Source: Mobula hypostoma (Eukaryota). Taken from it: a stretch of 64,000 bases of DNA. Under the pieces are notes generated by a model. That model was not told the origin of the DNA, did no database searches, and worked only from the letters and a program-made list of their open reading frames with translations. The first letter of the stretch is position 1; each line of letters begins with the position of its first letter. The position numbers and the translations under genes were made by a program. The stretch spans positions 2,482,001-2,546,000 of the forward strand of contig NC_086101.1 of the NCBI RefSeq assembly GCF_963921235.1, written 5' to 3'. This document shows positions 62,057 to 64,000 of the stretch, piece after piece.

Positions 62057-62680
62057 ATTTGGCCTTCATTATTTATTAATTTATTGACATACTGTGTGGA
62101 ACAGACCCTTCGAGTTATGCAGTACCAGAAATCGTCCCATTTAATCCTGGGACAATTTACAACATGTCTTTGCACTGCGGGCAGAAACCCGGAGAAACCC
62201 ACAGGGTCACGGGGAGAACGTACAAAGTCCTTACAGGCAGCAGTGGGAATCGAACCCGGGTCTCCTGCACTGGAAAGCGTTATGCTGGTCGCTCAGCTAC
62301 CGTGACACCCCCGTTCGCCAGAGGACTGAGTTCAAGAGCCATGAGGCAATGTCACGGCTCAATAAAAGTTCTTCCGCCTCGTTGTGGGAGGGACGTGGAT
62401 GCTTTAGATAGAGTGCAGAGCAGATTTACCAGGATCGATGAGCATGTCTTATGAGGATAGATTGAGTAAGCTCAGGTGAAGGAAGATGACAGTTGACGTG
62501 GCAGAGGTATAGCGGGTGATAAGAGACAAAGCCAGAGACTTTTTCCAGGCTGGAAATGGCTGATATGAAGGGGCATAACTTTAAAAGCGACTGGAGGAAA
62601 GTATGGGGGAAGTCAGAGGTGGTAGGTGTCTACACAGCGAGTGGTGGGTCTGTGCAACGCACTGCCAGGGAAGGCAGACA
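62050..62680 (+). mobile_element. Old CR1 3' portion (right part of the split copy), interrupted by a SINE
   Basis: AAGGAGGCATTTGGCCTTCATT, then GAGGACTGAGTTCAAGAGC.. and a GRDVDALDRVQSRFTR frame. Confidence 0.72.
62072..62311 (-). mobile_element. tRNA-derived V-SINE (HE1-like)
   Basis: The minus strand has box A-like TAGCTGAGCGA, box B GGTTCGATTCC, a V-domain-like GTACGTTCTCCCCGTGACC..TGGGTTTCTCCGGG and an AATAAAT tail. Confidence 0.78.
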
Positions 62681-62783
62681 CAAACTGCAAAGTAAATTTA
62701 TTATCAAAGTTCATATCTGTCATCATATACAACCCTCAGATACATTTCTTGTGGGCATTCAAGTAAATACAAAGAAACACAAT

Positions 62784-63165
62784 TGTCAGGACGCTGGAGC
62801 AGGGTCCCAATCATAGACCCAGTACTGTGCACACAGTGACATGAACTGAGTAACAAGTCCCAAACTCGGTATCAAAGTTCAGGCAGAGATCAAAACAGCC
62901 CGAGAAATCCAAAATCCAGAATCAGGAAACAGGCGGAGTTGATATTCAGACAGACAGAGTACAGATACGAATGCTGGAAAGACTCAGGAAAATTCACTGG
63001 CACAATCTGGTGAAAACACAGGACTGAAATACACTGACAATAAACAGAGAGGCAGATGATAGGTGGAGCACAATGAGACCCAGGTAGCAGCAGTACAGGT
63101 AATAATGAGAAACAAGTGAGAGACGGAGTACTCAGTAATACAGGGGCCGGAGTAGAGCAGGAGTG
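62784..63165. mobile_element. Probable LTR remnant (Gypsy-like), cut off by the downstream LINE
   Basis: Starts TGTCAGGA and resembles fish Gypsy LTRs in composition. No second terminus, PBS or PPT seen. Confidence 0.4.
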
Positions 63166-64000
63166 GTCCATTACTATTTTCCATAGTGATAAATGATATA
63201 TTTGCGCAAATTGAACATGGTGTGGGGAAATCCTTATATGCAGATGACAGGGCTTTATGGGTGAGGGGAAGAAATTTAATTTATATACAAAGGAAAATGC
63301 AAGGTGCAATAAATGAAGTGGAAGAGTGGGTAAATAAATGGGGTTTCAAATTGTCTACAAGTAAATTGCAAGTGATATGTTTCCCAAGAAGTCACAAACC
63401 AGTTTCTGTGAAATTACATGAACAAAAATTAGAGCAGGTGAAGGTAATTCGGTTCCTTGGTTTGTTCTTTGATGAGAAACTTACATGGAAAAAGCAAATC
63501 GAGAAAATTACAAATAAGTGTAAAAAAGTAAATAAATTATTTAGGGGTCTTGCCGGACAGGACTGGGGTGCCAGCAGGATATCGCTATTAAATATTTATC
63601 AAGATTTAATGAGGGCTACATTGGATTATGGAAGTGTAGCTTACATGTCAGCTGCAGAAAGTAATTTAAAAATGCTGGATGATGAGCAAGCCCAGGCCCT
63701 CAGGATATGTAGTGGTGCATTCAGAACATCACCTGTATCAGCTCTTCAAGTCGAAATGGGGGAAATGCCATTAAGACTTAGAAGATTAAAGCTAATGCTA
63801 AATGACTGGGTTAACATCATGGGACATGACTACTCACATCCAGCTAAAGCGATATTAAAAGACTGCTGGGAACATAATAAGTCAAGTTTATAATATCTTT
63901 GGATGGATCGGGGATGCAGCAGCACAAAAATATGGTCTACACGAAATGGAACATAGCCCTACAGTTCCAATATCTGATACTCCTCCAAACCTGCAACAAC
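63165..64000 (+). mobile_element. I-group (Nimb-like) LINE RT fragment, 5' truncated, running off the window
   Basis: GPLLFSIVIND..SLYADD..RFLGLFFDEKLTW..WGA..LDYGS..ALRICSGAFRTSPV..E.GE.PL.LRR are I/Nimb-type post-RT motifs, distinct from CR1 and Rex. Confidence 0.82.

Noticed and set aside
62230..62311. tRNA-like box A and box B
   Set aside because: No convincing cloverleaf, and it is joined to a V-domain and tail, so it is a SINE head rather than a tRNA gene.

Overview
This is eukaryotic DNA from a vertebrate. The CR1, Rex-Babar, V-SINE and Penelope repeat mix suggests a cartilaginous fish, which is an inference. It holds one clear host gene, a single-coding-exon B3GALT4-like beta-1,3-galactosyltransferase (+, 21555-22673) behind a CpG island that may be a bidirectional promoter. 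About 55% of the window is four large minisatellite arrays: 27/28 bp at 1-9.3 kb, 36-40 bp at 17.2-19.3 kb, G-rich ~21-24 bp at 23.4-27.7 kb, and 43/44 bp at 42.7-62.1 kb. Most of the rest is nested, truncated retroelements (CR1, Rex1/Babar, Penelope, V-SINE, an LTR remnant and an I/Nimb LINE). Nearly all ORFs in the track are repeat artefacts or retroelement debris. The main observations are: (1) the 19-kb array appears to have expanded from 44 bp of a CR1 reverse-transcriptase gene whose two halves still flank it; (2) four short Penelope-derived insertions have 13-15 bp target-site duplications and minimal hammerhead-ribozyme motifs, one with an intact catalytic core; (3) there is a candidate divergent spliced transcript and a candidate SOX-dimer enhancer; (4) the B3GALT4 stop codon lies in the first unit of a minisatellite. 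I found no evidence for a wholly new biological system. Repeat boundaries are by eye and approximate unless a TSD is given.
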